From an uncultured cyanobacterium (lineage in GTDB: Bacteria; Cyanobacteriota; Cyanobacteriia; PCC-9006; JAAUQQ01), in contig OY970368.1 in NCBI GenBank assembly GCA_963718615.1, forward strand, positions 160,001 through 224,000: DNA of 64,000 nucleotides, in the 5' to 3' direction. Position 1 is the first letter of the stretch. Each line of letters starts with the position of its first letter. Positions 40,014 through 49,726 of this stretch are shown here, piece after piece. Made by a program: the position numbers and the translations under genes. Under the pieces are notes generated by a model that did not search any database, was not told the origin of the DNA, and saw only the letters and a program-made list of their open reading frames with translations.

Positions 40014-42947
40014 GTGACAGACGCTCAACGCCCCCCCCAGCCCGAGTCCAGCCCGGAAGCAAAATCCTATAAGGACACTATTAACCTGCTCAAAACCGAC
40101 TTCAACATGCGGGCCAATGCGACCCAGCGGGAGCCGGAGATTCAGCAGTTCTGGGCGGAGCACCAGATTTATGAGCGTCTGGCGGAAGATAATCCCGGTG
40201 AGACCTTCACGCTCCACGATGGCCCCCCCTACGCCAACGGCGCGCTCCACATGGGCCACGCCATGAACAAGGTGCTGAAGGACATCATCAACAAATATCA
40301 ACTGCTCCAGGGCAAAAAAGGTCGCTATATCCCCGGCTGGGACTGCCACGGGCTGCCCATTGAGCTGAAAGTGCTCCAGTCCATGAAGTCGAGCGAACGA
40401 CAGGCCCTGACCCCGATTACGCTGCGGCAGAAGGCAAAAGCCTGGGCGCTAGAGCAGGTGGAAGGCCAGAAAGCCAGCTTCAAGCGCTACGGGGTTTGGG
40501 GGGATTGGGACCATCCCTATCTGACGCTCCAGCCGGAATACGAAGCGGCGCAAATCGATGTGTTTGGGGAGATGTTCCTCAAGGGCTATATCTACCGGGG
40601 ACTCAAGCCGGTCCATTGGAGCCCCAGCTCGCGCACGGCCTTGGCGGAGGCAGAGCTGGAATATCCCGAGGGTCACACGTCCCAGAGTATCTATGTGGCG
40701 TTCCGACTGGCGACGATTCCCGATGGCTTGCAGATGGCGATCGGGGAGTATGTTCCCGATATGGGGTTAGCGATTTGGACGACGACGCCCTGGACGATTC
40801 CCGGTAACCTGGCCGTGGCGGTGAATGGCGACTTGACCTACACCGTTGTGGATACGGGGACCGATAATCTCAGCCAGGAAGCTCGGACCCAGGTTCCCAA
40901 GTATCTGATCGTCGCCGATGCGTTGGTCGAAGCCCTGAGTGAAAAGCTGGGCAGGCCCGTGCAGATTGTGGCGCGGGTCATGGGCAAGTCCTTGGAACAT
41001 GCCACGTATAAGCATCCGCTCTACGATCGCGAAAGCCCCGTGGTCATCGGCGGCGACTACATCACGACGGATTCCGGAACAGGATTGGTCCACACGGCTC
41101 CCGGCCATGGCCAGGATGACTATATCGTTGGTCAGCGCTACGGCTTGCCGATTCTGAGCCCGGTGGATGATGCGGGGAACTTGACCGCTGAGGCCGGTCC
41201 CTTTGCGGGATTGAATGTGCTGAAGGATGCCAATGACGCGATTATTCAGGCGCTGGATACAGTCGGGGCGCTGATCAAGCAAGAGGCCTACGGTCACCGC
41301 TATCCCTACGATTGGCGGACGAAGAAACCGACGATTTTCCGAGCGACAGAGCAGTGGTTCGCTTCGGTGGAAGGGTTCCGGGAGGCGGCGCTGCAGGCGA
41401 TCGCCGCAGTCACCTGGATTCCGGCAGCCGGAGAAAATCGGATTACGGCCATGGTGGGCGATCGCTCCGACTGGTGTATCTCCCGCCAGCGCACCTGGGG
41501 CGTTCCCATCCCGGTGTTCTACGACGAAGCCAGCCACGAAGCGCTGTTGAATGCAGAGACCATCGCCTATATCCGCGACCTGATCGCCGAGCATGGCTCC
41601 GATGTCTGGTGGGAACGGGAGGTAAACGAGCTCTTACCGGAAAAATACCGCGACAATGGCCGCACCTACCGCAAGGGCACGGACACCATGGATGTTTGGT
41701 TTGATTCTGGATCTTCGTGGAATGCGGTGGCCAAGCAGCGGGAAGGGATGCAATACCCGGTGGATTTGTATTTGGAAGGATCCGACCAGCATCGGGGTTG
41801 GTTCCAATCGAGTCTGCTGACCAGCGTCGCGGTCAATGGCTGCGCTCCCTACAAAACGGTCCTGACCCACGGCTTTGCCCTGGACGAAAAGGGCTACAAG
41901 ATGAGCAAATCCCTGGGCAATGTGGTTGACCCGGCGGAGATCATTAACGGTGGCAAAAACCAAAAGCAAAACCCACCCTACGGCGCGGATGTCCTACGGC
42001 TCTGGGTGTCGTCCGTGGACTATTCCAACGACGTGCCCATCGGCAACACGATCCTCAAGCAGTTGGCGGATGTCTATCGCAAGATCCGCAACACCGCCCG
42101 CTATTTAATCGGCAATCTGCACGACTTCGATCCCAAAACTGATGCCGTTGCCTACGACGATCTGCCGGAGCTCGATCGCTACATGCTCCACCGCATCACC
42201 GAGGTGTTTGCGGAAGTGGATGATGCCTATAAGACCTATCAGTTCTTCCGCTTCTTCCAGACGGTGCAGAATTTCTGCGTAGTGGACCTGTCCAATTTCT
42301 ATTTGGATATTGCCAAGGACCGGTTGTATATCAGCGCCCCCGATGCAGCACGGCGGCGCAGTTGCCAGACGGTGATGCAGATTGCCCTGGAGAATTTGGC
42401 GAAAGCCATTGCCCCGGTCCTTTCCCACATGGCGGAAGATATCTGGCAAAACCTACCCTACGCAACCGAGCACCCGTCGGTCTTTCAGTCCGGTTGGCTG
42501 AGCATCGACGAGGGCTGGAAAAAGCCGGAGTTGGCCCAATCTTGGCAGGTGATGCGTCAACTGCGGGATGAGGTCAATAAGGTGTTGGAGCAGGCGCGGA
42601 AGGATAAGGCGATCGGTTCTTCTCTAGAAGCTCAGTTGCTTTTACAGGTGAGCGACGAAAAGCTGCGTCAGCAACTCGCGGCCATGAACCCAGTGAGCCT
42701 TGCGGGCAATGGCGTGGATGAACTGCGCTATTTGTTTTTGGTGTCTGGGGTGAAGCTGGTGGATTCGGCGGAAACTTTGGCGGAGTTGGAGTACAAGGCG
42801 GAGGTGGATGGCTTTGTCATTGGGGTGGCGGATGCGGAGGGGAAAAAGTGCGATCGCTGCTGGAACTATTCCACAAAAGTTGGCGATTCAACCGAAGATC
42901 CGACGATTTGTGAGCGGTGTGTGGAGGCGTTGGCGGGGACCTTCTGA
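40014..42947 (+). CDS. ileS: isoleucine--tRNA ligase
   Basis: HDGPPYANGALHMGH, GWDCHGLPIE, KMSKS, C-terminal CDRC..CERC zinc finger. GTG start (ORF open from 40005). Confidence 0.98.
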   Translation: MTDAQRPPQPESSPEAKSYKDTINLLKTDFNMRANATQREPEIQQFWAEHQIYERLAEDNPGETFTLHDGPPYANGALHMGHAMNKVLKDIINKYQLLQGKKGRYIPGWDCHGLPIELKVLQSMKSSERQALTPITLRQKAKAWALEQVEGQKASFKRYGVWGDWDHPYLTLQPEYEAAQIDVFGEMFLKGYIYRGLKPVHWSPSSRTALAEAELEYPEGHTSQSIYVAFRLATIPDGLQMAIGEYVPDMGLAIWTTTPWTIPGNLAVAVNGDLTYTVVDTGTDNLSQEARTQVPKYLIVADALVEALSEKLGRPVQIVARVMGKSLEHATYKHPLYDRESPVVIGGDYITTDSGTGLVHTAPGHGQDDYIVGQRYGLPILSPVDDAGNLTAEAGPFAGLNVLKDANDAIIQALDTVGALIKQEAYGHRYPYDWRTKKPTIFRATEQWFASVEGFREAALQAIAAVTWIPAAGENRITAMVGDRSDWCISRQRTWGVPIPVFYDEASHEALLNAETIAYIRDLIAEHGSDVWWEREVNELLPEKYRDNGRTYRKGTDTMDVWFDSGSSWNAVAKQREGMQYPVDLYLEGSDQHRGWFQSSLLTSVAVNGCAPYKTVLTHGFALDEKGYKMSKSLGNVVDPAEIINGGKNQKQNPPYGADVLRLWVSSVDYSNDVPIGNTILKQLADVYRKIRNTARYLIGNLHDFDPKTDAVAYDDLPELDRYMLHRITEVFAEVDDAYKTYQFFRFFQTVQNFCVVDLSNFYLDIAKDRLYISAPDAARRRSCQTVMQIALENLAKAIAPVLSHMAEDIWQNLPYATEHPSVFQSGWLSIDEGWKKPELAQSWQVMRQLRDEVNKVLEQARKDKAIGSSLEAQLLLQVSDEKLRQQLAAMNPVSLAGNGVDELRYLFLVSGVKLVDSAETLAELEYKAEVDGFVIGVADAEGKKCDRCWNYSTKVGDSTEDPTICERCVEALAGTF

Positions 42948-42958
42948 CTCTTCCTATC

Positions 42959-42986
42959 CCCCGCAGATCCCAATGGCCTGCGGGGG
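42959..42986. terminator. hairpin between ileS and the convergent island gene
   Basis: ccccgcag...ctgcgggg stem. Confidence 0.45.
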
Positions 42987-43036
42987 GGGGAGCGCCCAAA
43001 GAAAAACTCTCAAAGAGATTCAGACCGCTGCCACCT

Positions 43037-44182
43037 CTAAGCCGTCTCCGCTACCGCACTGGCATGTTGCCCATTTCCCCAAGGACGCAGTTCGGTCAAA
43101 CGATACTCAATCCGCCCTTCCCCCGTCACCTGATTCATTTTGACCATTTCCTGAATCTTCGCCGTGTAGATAGTTTTGTTGAGCGTGATGTCGATGTGAC
43201 TGCCTAACACGCCATCCGCACACCTCCCCGAATAAGTCTTATTCTCAACCATATCCCGAATTTCAAACGTCTGACTGGTTGTGCTGGCAGAAAGCAAAGG
43301 CCCCTTAATCAAAAAATCCTCCGGTGCTTCCACCTCCATCCGCGTCACTGTGCCCAAAGCCCTCAGTGCTGTTTCAGAAGACAATCGGGCCACTCCACCC
43401 TTATTCTCCACTGGAGACCCCCATTCCAACTGCACATCAGTCTCAGCATCGACGATCGCCTGGAGGAACTTGCGATAACGCCCCGCACAACGCCGCTTCA
43501 GCTCCATCAGCAATTCCTGCAACTGCTCATCCTGGTCGCTGCCATTGAGCAACTGTATCAACGACTCCAGACTACTTTCTGCCAGAGGAACTTCAAACAA
43601 ATCTGGCTGTATCAAGGACGGCATAACCGCTAAGCGCAACCCAAAAGAACCGCGAAAGGTTGTTAGTATCGATAGCTGAGTCTGTTCAGTAATCTTTCCT
43701 GCAATTCTTCCGTAAGGGTTAGCTCGTCCCGCTTTCACCTCCCCAATAGCATCTAAAGTATCCTGAAACGTCGTCAGAATTGCCCCTAACCGTTTAGCTG
43801 GAGCCTCGACAGGGCTATATGTTGCTGCCTCAGAAAAGTAGAAATGCAGATTCAGGATGTCCCGTTCCTGTGCGCGAGCGAGGTACGCTGCGCTGATGAG
43901 GTCATTGAGAATTTCTGCTTCCGAACGCTGCTCCGCAACGGACAGGGAACGCACCACGTCGTACATGCGATCGGCAAAGTCCATCAAATCACGTTTTAAG
44001 GGCAGCAGCAGTACAAAACCCTCACTCTCCGCCTGCTCCTTCCGCCAGACTTCATAGTTCTCGAATTCCTGTCCAGCACCTTGATCTGCCTGTTTCTGCC
44101 ACTGCTGATGCCGCAGATAGTCCTTCACGATCTGCGGTTCCAGAGCTTCGAATTGTTCTATCGTCAACATCGGGGTGTTCAT
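43037..44182 (-). CDS. hypothetical protein, partner of DUF4365 gene
   Basis: 381 aa; YLRHQQWQ, LLLPLKRDLMDFADRM, TFRGSFGL; ATGA overlap with the upstream gene. Confidence 0.75.
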   Translation of the reverse strand: MNTPMLTIEQFEALEPQIVKDYLRHQQWQKQADQGAGQEFENYEVWRKEQAESEGFVLLLPLKRDLMDFADRMYDVVRSLSVAEQRSEAEILNDLISAAYLARAQERDILNLHFYFSEAATYSPVEAPAKRLGAILTTFQDTLDAIGEVKAGRANPYGRIAGKITEQTQLSILTTFRGSFGLRLAVMPSLIQPDLFEVPLAESSLESLIQLLNGSDQDEQLQELLMELKRRCAGRYRKFLQAIVDAETDVQLEWGSPVENKGGVARLSSETALRALGTVTRMEVEAPEDFLIKGPLLSASTTSQTFEIRDMVENKTYSGRCADGVLGSHIDITLNKTIYTAKIQEMVKMNQVTGEGRIEYRLTELRPWGNGQHASAVAETA

Positions 44183-44700
44183 AGAGGCTGTGAGTTAGCA
44201 ATACGCTGCATCAGGGTTTGGACAGCTTCTGGAGTCAGTAGATTCTTGCGTGGAATGTGAACAGAAATCGTTCCTTTGTTATCAGTTGCAGCTTCTCCAG
44301 CCAACGAAAGCCAATAGGCACATTTTCGAATTTTGGTTTCCTCCTCCGTAATATCCAGCCAGTTCTCAACATCTGGCGGAACGAGCATAACAATCAGAAG
44401 CTGCGGAGTAGAGAGAACAGGGACTGCAGGCCAAGGGTGAATCAATCTCCTATAGTTTTTGACGGGAAGCGGAAAGCTGAGATAGTCTGCCCGTATAAGG
44501 CTGGAATTCGTGGTGCATTTTACCTGAGCATCAAATCGAGGCGACAGCATCCGCCCGACAGTGCCAGGAGCTTCCACGCCAATGTCAATACCTACATTAT
44601 CCATAGCCGTAGGTTTCCTGTGGATGCTGTAGCCTGCGGCCGTGACGATCGCTTCGAGGTAGGCATAGCTAAATTCTTCCTGCTGAGTGGTGATATGCAT
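44179..44700 (-). CDS. DUF4365 domain protein (PD-(D/E)XK-like nuclease fold)
   Basis: QEEFSYAYLEAI, DNVGIDI, DAQVKCT, CAYWLSLAG. Confidence 0.8.
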   Translation of the reverse strand: MHITTQQEEFSYAYLEAIVTAAGYSIHRKPTAMDNVGIDIGVEAPGTVGRMLSPRFDAQVKCTTNSSLIRADYLSFPLPVKNYRRLIHPWPAVPVLSTPQLLIVMLVPPDVENWLDITEEETKIRKCAYWLSLAGEAATDNKGTISVHIPRKNLLTPEAVQTLMQRIANSQPL

Positions 44701-44789
44701 TCTTGAGGCTTAACAGCAATCTCGGCGATCGCACCATATGAAGGAGAAGGTCTGTCTACTATTATCATTAAGATTAGAATAGACAAGCT

Positions 44790-47618
44790 TTAAACAGTTA
44801 GTTTTTCCTGCTCCACCCAGCAGCGCATGAGCTCAACGACGAAGGTATAGCGGCCTTCGCTCAGGTGGATGACATCATGCCTTTGCAACAGGCTTAGGGC
44901 TTCGGTGACCTGAGCGCTTTCAAAATCTAGCTGTCTTGCTGCGAGCCTTTGCGCTAGCGCTGGGGCCGTGAGGCCGTTGGGATGTGGGCACAGCCCCTGG
45001 AGGATGGCGATTTGTTCGGCGGCGTGTTCTTCTTGGCATTGGCTCCAGACGCCGCTGAAGTAGGCGTTGCCGTCGCGGAAGAAGTCGGGGCTTTGGATGA
45101 TTTCTTGAACGTCGTTGAGGGTGAGGCGGGGTTCGATTTCCTGGCCTTCTTCGAAGCGTTGGCGGTTGAAGCGGCTGATGAGGCTGTGACAGATCAGTTG
45201 GATGAGGTAGGGTTGGCCGCCGGTGAGGGTGTAGATTTCGTGAATGGCGTCGCGATCGTAATCGAGCGGGAAGTCGTCGGTGGGGTTGGTGATCAGGCGT
45301 TCTGCGGCTTTTTCGCTGAGCACACCCACGGGTACGGCGGTGACGTTGCCAAACAGGGGGTTCCAGTAGTCTTGGGTCATTTCTTGCAAGGACGCAAGGC
45401 CCGCAAAGGCGAGGATAAACCAGGGGTAGGTGACGATCAGGCTGCGCCAGTATTCAATCAGGTAGGGGGCGATGATTTCCTGTTGGATTAAGCGTTTTTC
45501 TAGGATTTCAAATTCGTCGATGGTGATGATGTAGCGGGTTTGGTGGCGTTGTCGATCGGGGGATTGGTCGAGTTTTCTGAGGAAGCGATCGAGCGCGCTG
45601 TAAGGGTTGCGGTGTAGAAAGTTCTCTTCGTTGGGTTCTTCGAGTTCTGTGTTGTCGGGGAGGCTGTCGTGCAGGGCGGTGGCGAGGTTGTAGAGGAGTT
45701 CGCCGACGTTTTCGACCATGCCGACGCGTTGCAGGTTGAAGTCGATGATTTGGGTGTTTTGGCCGAGGTGTCCTTTTAGGTTTTGCAGGATGGAGGTTTT
45801 GCCCATGCGGCGGTGGCCGTAGAGGATGACGGAGGGGAGTTGGCCTTGGGGCATCCAGAGTTCTTCGAGGCGGCTGAGGATGTCTTCGCGTCCGACGAAA
45901 AGTTGGCCGCGCACGGGGGGGCCGACGACGTAGGGGTTGGCGATGGGGCTGAGGATTTGGGCTTGGCCGACGGCTCCGGCGGCGGTGGTGATGATTTCGC
46001 GCCATTGGTGGATGATGCGGTGGAGCAGTTTTTGTTCGGGGTAGCCGGGGGGGATGCGATCGGTGACGAATTGGTCGAGGGTTTGCAGGTCGGCGTCGGC
46101 GCGGGCGAGAGCGGCGAGTTGGTTGACGCGGCTGCTGGCGGTGGTGGCGATGCGGATTTCTTGGCTAATTTGGCCGAGGGTGGTGAGGACGCGGATGATG
46201 TTGGGGCGAATGTAGGTTTGAGAGGATACGAAGGCAGAACGTGAGGGACAAACTGCTGAAATTTGGTCCAACGAGTTTGCTTCCATAAAATTTTTAATGT
46301 CAGTCAATGAATTCCATAGCTCGTGATACCCTTCAAATTCTGAGAGAGCATGAATGTCAGATTCTAAATAGTTAGAAATCACAGAAATTTCATCTGGCAA
46401 GTCGAGAAAAAGAATCCTATAGAATATGGCAACAAGCCTAGTAGTGCCGTAGATTTCATCACCATGACTTCTTTTTGTGTTTTCTAAAGCACAAAATTTC
46501 TTTTCCTTCTTAAGCTCTCCTAATTTATATGGAAATGCCTTCAGTATTACCTGTATCCTAGTCGGTCGCATTAGTGAATATTCTTGGACTTGCTTTCCCA
46601 AAGAAACAATTCTTTCTTGAAAAGAGTTTTCTTGCAAAACAGAATATAGTTCTAATATAAAATTATCTACTTCGCTAAATATTTTTTCTAGCCATAACTC
46701 TTGTACGAGATCATGAGCGCCGCGCCTCTCCAGTAGAAGGCAGATTGAGTTGACATCTTGATTTAAGTTGATTTCTTTTAAGAAGCGATGAGTAGCTTCA
46801 TTCGTTCTAGGTACAACGATACGTGTGGGATGCTCGACAAAAAGATAGTCCCAGAATAATGGGTGTAGTCTGATATTAAAGAAAGAAAAGAAACCTAAAA
46901 GAATATATACGGGTACTTTCAATACTGGAAATACCGCATAAAGAGAATAAATGACAGCGCTCGAAATTACTGTAGAAAGAAAATTGGCCCAATGGCTCGT
47001 AGATATAATATCTAGACTTATTAACTTGAAAGATTCATCATGAAAGAATAAGCCACTACTCCAAAGAGTAACCATAATGGCACCGCTCAAGATGGCAGAT
47101 GTTTCTCCTCCAATAATTGATGTGACACTAAAAATATCACTCATTGCAAAAACTGAAAAAACCGGATGAATGAGCGTTAAAGCATGAAATATTCCAAAAA
47201 TGATTGTAAAGGTTGCTATTATAGATGCGTGATCGGAGGGTTTTGTCTCAACAGATGATTTGTATAAAATCCAGCTAGATAAGCATCCAATAGTGAACCC
47301 TGAAATAGTAGACTGGAAAGCAGAATATGGATTTTTTGATGCATAGCCAGCTATAGAGGCAGACAGAAATACAAGCAGCATGGATATTGTCCAACAGGTT
47401 CTTGCTGCGGGAATGTGCCATATTTGAGAAAGAACTTTCGTCCAGCTTGCCTCCCTGGCCCAAGATAAGTTTGTTGTTACGTCAATAAAATAACTTTGTA
47501 TGCTAATAGGACGAAAATAGCAACAGAATAAAAGGCGTAAATAATGAGAAGGATTGAGAATTTTTAGTGGTCGTGGTAGAAAAATATCCTGGCTCTTTAA
47601 TTCTCTCGTCATTTTCAT
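44790..47618 (-). CDS. multi-TM STAND/AAA ATPase
   Basis: Hydrophobic N-terminus; NPYVVGPPV..FVGREDIL, Walker A GHRRMGKTS, Walker B IITIDEFE, TGGQPYLIQ. Confidence 0.85.
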   Translation of the reverse strand: MKMTRELKSQDIFLPRPLKILNPSHYLRLLFCCYFRPISIQSYFIDVTTNLSWAREASWTKVLSQIWHIPAARTCWTISMLLVFLSASIAGYASKNPYSAFQSTISGFTIGCLSSWILYKSSVETKPSDHASIIATFTIIFGIFHALTLIHPVFSVFAMSDIFSVTSIIGGETSAILSGAIMVTLWSSGLFFHDESFKLISLDIISTSHWANFLSTVISSAVIYSLYAVFPVLKVPVYILLGFFSFFNIRLHPLFWDYLFVEHPTRIVVPRTNEATHRFLKEINLNQDVNSICLLLERRGAHDLVQELWLEKIFSEVDNFILELYSVLQENSFQERIVSLGKQVQEYSLMRPTRIQVILKAFPYKLGELKKEKKFCALENTKRSHGDEIYGTTRLVAIFYRILFLDLPDEISVISNYLESDIHALSEFEGYHELWNSLTDIKNFMEANSLDQISAVCPSRSAFVSSQTYIRPNIIRVLTTLGQISQEIRIATTASSRVNQLAALARADADLQTLDQFVTDRIPPGYPEQKLLHRIIHQWREIITTAAGAVGQAQILSPIANPYVVGPPVRGQLFVGREDILSRLEELWMPQGQLPSVILYGHRRMGKTSILQNLKGHLGQNTQIIDFNLQRVGMVENVGELLYNLATALHDSLPDNTELEEPNEENFLHRNPYSALDRFLRKLDQSPDRQRHQTRYIITIDEFEILEKRLIQQEIIAPYLIEYWRSLIVTYPWFILAFAGLASLQEMTQDYWNPLFGNVTAVPVGVLSEKAAERLITNPTDDFPLDYDRDAIHEIYTLTGGQPYLIQLICHSLISRFNRQRFEEGQEIEPRLTLNDVQEIIQSPDFFRDGNAYFSGVWSQCQEEHAAEQIAILQGLCPHPNGLTAPALAQRLAARQLDFESAQVTEALSLLQRHDVIHLSEGRYTFVVELMRCWVEQEKLTV

Positions 47619-47650
47619 TCCCAGCGTAATTTGCTTAACCTACACATGCT

Positions 47651-48004
47651 TCACTGGTGAACCACGATCGCCGCTCGGCTCAACTCTACATAAGAATTCT
47701 GCTCTAGCAACTCAACACATCGCTCCAGATTCTGCCGAAACAACTCCTCCAGCTCAGAATTCCTGACATTTCCCGTCGTCACCAGCAACAGCTTGAACGG
47801 CTGCCCAACCGTCAGGAAGGAATTCACAAAATCCACATCCTTTGTAATCACAACCCGTTCTTCCTGCATCGAAAGCTGATTGATAAAACCATCCGACGTT
47901 GCATTCTGGTCTGGCAAATCTCGCGTATGCAACACATCATATCCCTGCGTCGCTAACCACCGCGCCAGCCTCAGCGGAAGCTGTGCATCCACCAAAAACT
48001 TCAT
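47651..48004 (-). CDS. DUF5615 PIN-like toxin
   Basis: MKFLVDAQLP, VVITKDVDF. Confidence 0.88.
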   Translation of the reverse strand: MKFLVDAQLPLRLARWLATQGYDVLHTRDLPDQNATSDGFINQLSMQEERVVITKDVDFVNSFLTVGQPFKLLLVTTGNVRNSELEELFRQNLERCVELLEQNSYVELSRAAIVVHQ

Positions 48005-48258
48005 GCCGCAATCCGATACACACTTTTCACCTGAGCCAACCTCGTCGCAAACAACAGTACCGCCGTAATATCATCAGCCTCCAAATCATCATAATCCTCC
48101 AAAATCTCCCCCCGATTCATCCCCGCCCCCAACAGCTCCAAAATCATCTCCACCGGATACCGCAACCCCCGAACACAGGGCTTCCCATGACAAATCTCGG
48201 GATTAATCGTAATGCGCTGAAGTAAATCAGAATTCATCATTGCCATTATCTCATCCAC
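48001..48258 (-). CDS. DUF433 antitoxin
   Basis: RITINPEICHGKPCVRGLRYPV, EILEDYDDLEADDI. Confidence 0.9.
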   Translation of the reverse strand: MDEIMAMMNSDLLQRITINPEICHGKPCVRGLRYPVEMILELLGAGMNRGEILEDYDDLEADDITAVLLFATRLAQVKSVYRIAA

Positions 48259-48290
48259 CTAAAACACACAAACCCTGCTCAACATCCCCA

Positions 48291-48626
48291 TCAACCCACC
48301 GCAAACTCCGTAAACTGACGCTTAAACGGAGACTGAAACCCCAACACAATATCCATTTTGGCAACTCCCAAAGCCATCAATTCATCTGTAATATCAAACT
48401 CCGTCCCATTGTGCTGAATCCAAACCTTGTCTTTGTAAATATCAATGTGCAAAATACAGCCATAAACTCGCCGCTCCCCTTGCCAGCCCACATTGACAAG
48501 CTGATAATGATCCCCCTCTCCATCAAAAACTGCTTCAGATCGAATGCCCTTTTCCTCTGACTTCTCATCTCGATGATTCAAAATCACTGTCCGAATCGCC
48601 TTACGATACGTATCTAGCCGCTCCAT
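48291..48626 (-). CDS. xisI: XisI protein
   Basis: DHYQLVNVGW, GCILHIDI, KVWIQHNGTE, DIVLGFQSP. Confidence 0.92.
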   Translation of the reverse strand: MERLDTYRKAIRTVILNHRDEKSEEKGIRSEAVFDGEGDHYQLVNVGWQGERRVYGCILHIDIYKDKVWIQHNGTEFDITDELMALGVAKMDIVLGFQSPFKRQFTEFAVG

Positions 48627-49030
48627 AACGTAATCTCCTCTTGCACAGAACTGTAAACAATCAACGGGATCTGATTCTGCTGAATCACAGCCTGGGTGAA
48701 TGGCTGCTGGAAAAAATCATTGTACGTATCCAAGGGGACTGCCAGGTACAGCTTACGATCAGGCTCCTGAGCCCCTAGCATTGTTCGGTAGCTGATGAAC
48801 TGCCCCACTGCTCCATGGAAACTGTAGACCGTAGATTTTTCCAGAAAACTCTTAATTTCTACCGCGATCTTTTCATCCTCTCGATCCGCAGCAACGACCC
48901 GATCTGCTGCCAAATCAATCTTCAGCTCAACCCGCTCCCAAGTGAGCCTGAGGGGATCCTCTACAATCCGCCACCCCTGCTTCTGAAGAGCTGTTTTAAC
49001 CGCATCATGAAAGAGGTCTTTTGCTGTCAT
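48614..49030 (-). CDS. xisH: XisH protein
   Basis: AKDLFHDAVKTALQKQGW, KIAVEIKSFL, AVGQFISYR. Confidence 0.92.
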   Translation of the reverse strand: MTAKDLFHDAVKTALQKQGWRIVEDPLRLTWERVELKIDLAADRVVAADREDEKIAVEIKSFLEKSTVYSFHGAVGQFISYRTMLGAQEPDRKLYLAVPLDTYNDFFQQPFTQAVIQQNQIPLIVYSSVQEEITLWSG

Positions 49031-49038
49031 ACCAAATT

Positions 49039-49431
49039 CTACGCCACCTGCTCAACCAAATCATAGGGCTGAATCAAAACCTCCGCCGGAATCCCCAGAT
49101 GCCGATTCAGCCCCCGAATCATCTCCAGCGTCAGCCCCACCCGACGCCCCAACACCGCCTCAACCCACTCCGCTCCTCCCAACCAAACCTCCAAATCCCC
49201 CCGAGACAACCCTCGCGCCTCCAGATAATACAAAATCGCCTCCACCGGCTCAGGCAAAGGCATCTCGCAATGCTCCGCCTCATAGACCTCGACTAAGGTC
49301 ACCAACACCTCTAAGCGATTTCCCTCCGGTGTCCCCACAGGCGCATCAAACAATGCCTCGACTTCCTGCAACGCAGCCTGGTAGTCTTCCTCGGTTTTAA
49401 TCGGACGAATCTCAACCAACATAAGCCACAC
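49039..49431 (-). CDS. higA: HigA-type antitoxin (HTH)
   Basis: IRPIKTEEDYQAAL, LTLEMIRGLNRHLGIPAEVLIQPY. Confidence 0.85.
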   Translation of the reverse strand: MWLMLVEIRPIKTEEDYQAALQEVEALFDAPVGTPEGNRLEVLVTLVEVYEAEHCEMPLPEPVEAILYYLEARGLSRGDLEVWLGGAEWVEAVLGRRVGLTLEMIRGLNRHLGIPAEVLIQPYDLVEQVA

Positions 49432-49432
49432 C

Positions 49433-49726
49433 TCAAATCGTCTCTACATCAACGTTGTCGTACTCGCGATGGGTTCCGACGAACCGAACAAAGATAATTC
49501 CGATGTCATATCGAACATGCACCACCAATCGATAATCATTACCTTTGATGTTAAAAACAACACGGTTATTACCCACAATGCTAGCGTTTCGGTACTTTGT
49601 CTTCACCTCAGTAGGCGTTTGCCATACCGCCCGCGCTGCTTCTGCGTACCACGCTAGCAGCGGTTGCTTCGCTTTTGGGTGAACTTCCCAAAACTGCCTC
49701 AGTGTACTTTTAGCAATAATTCTCAT
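49433..49726 (-). CDS. higB: HigB-type mRNA interferase
   Basis: MRIIAKSTLRQFWE, NRVVFNIKGNDYRLVV, FVGTHREYD. Confidence 0.9.
   Translation of the reverse strand: MRIIAKSTLRQFWEVHPKAKQPLLAWYAEAARAVWQTPTEVKTKYRNASIVGNNRVVFNIKGNDYRLVVHVRYDIGIIFVRFVGTHREYDNVDVETI

Noticed and set aside
48291-49030. xisH/xisI as evidence of an fdxN excision element
   Set aside because: No xisF recombinase or interrupted gene nearby; xisHI pairs are common stand-alone modules in cyanobacteria.
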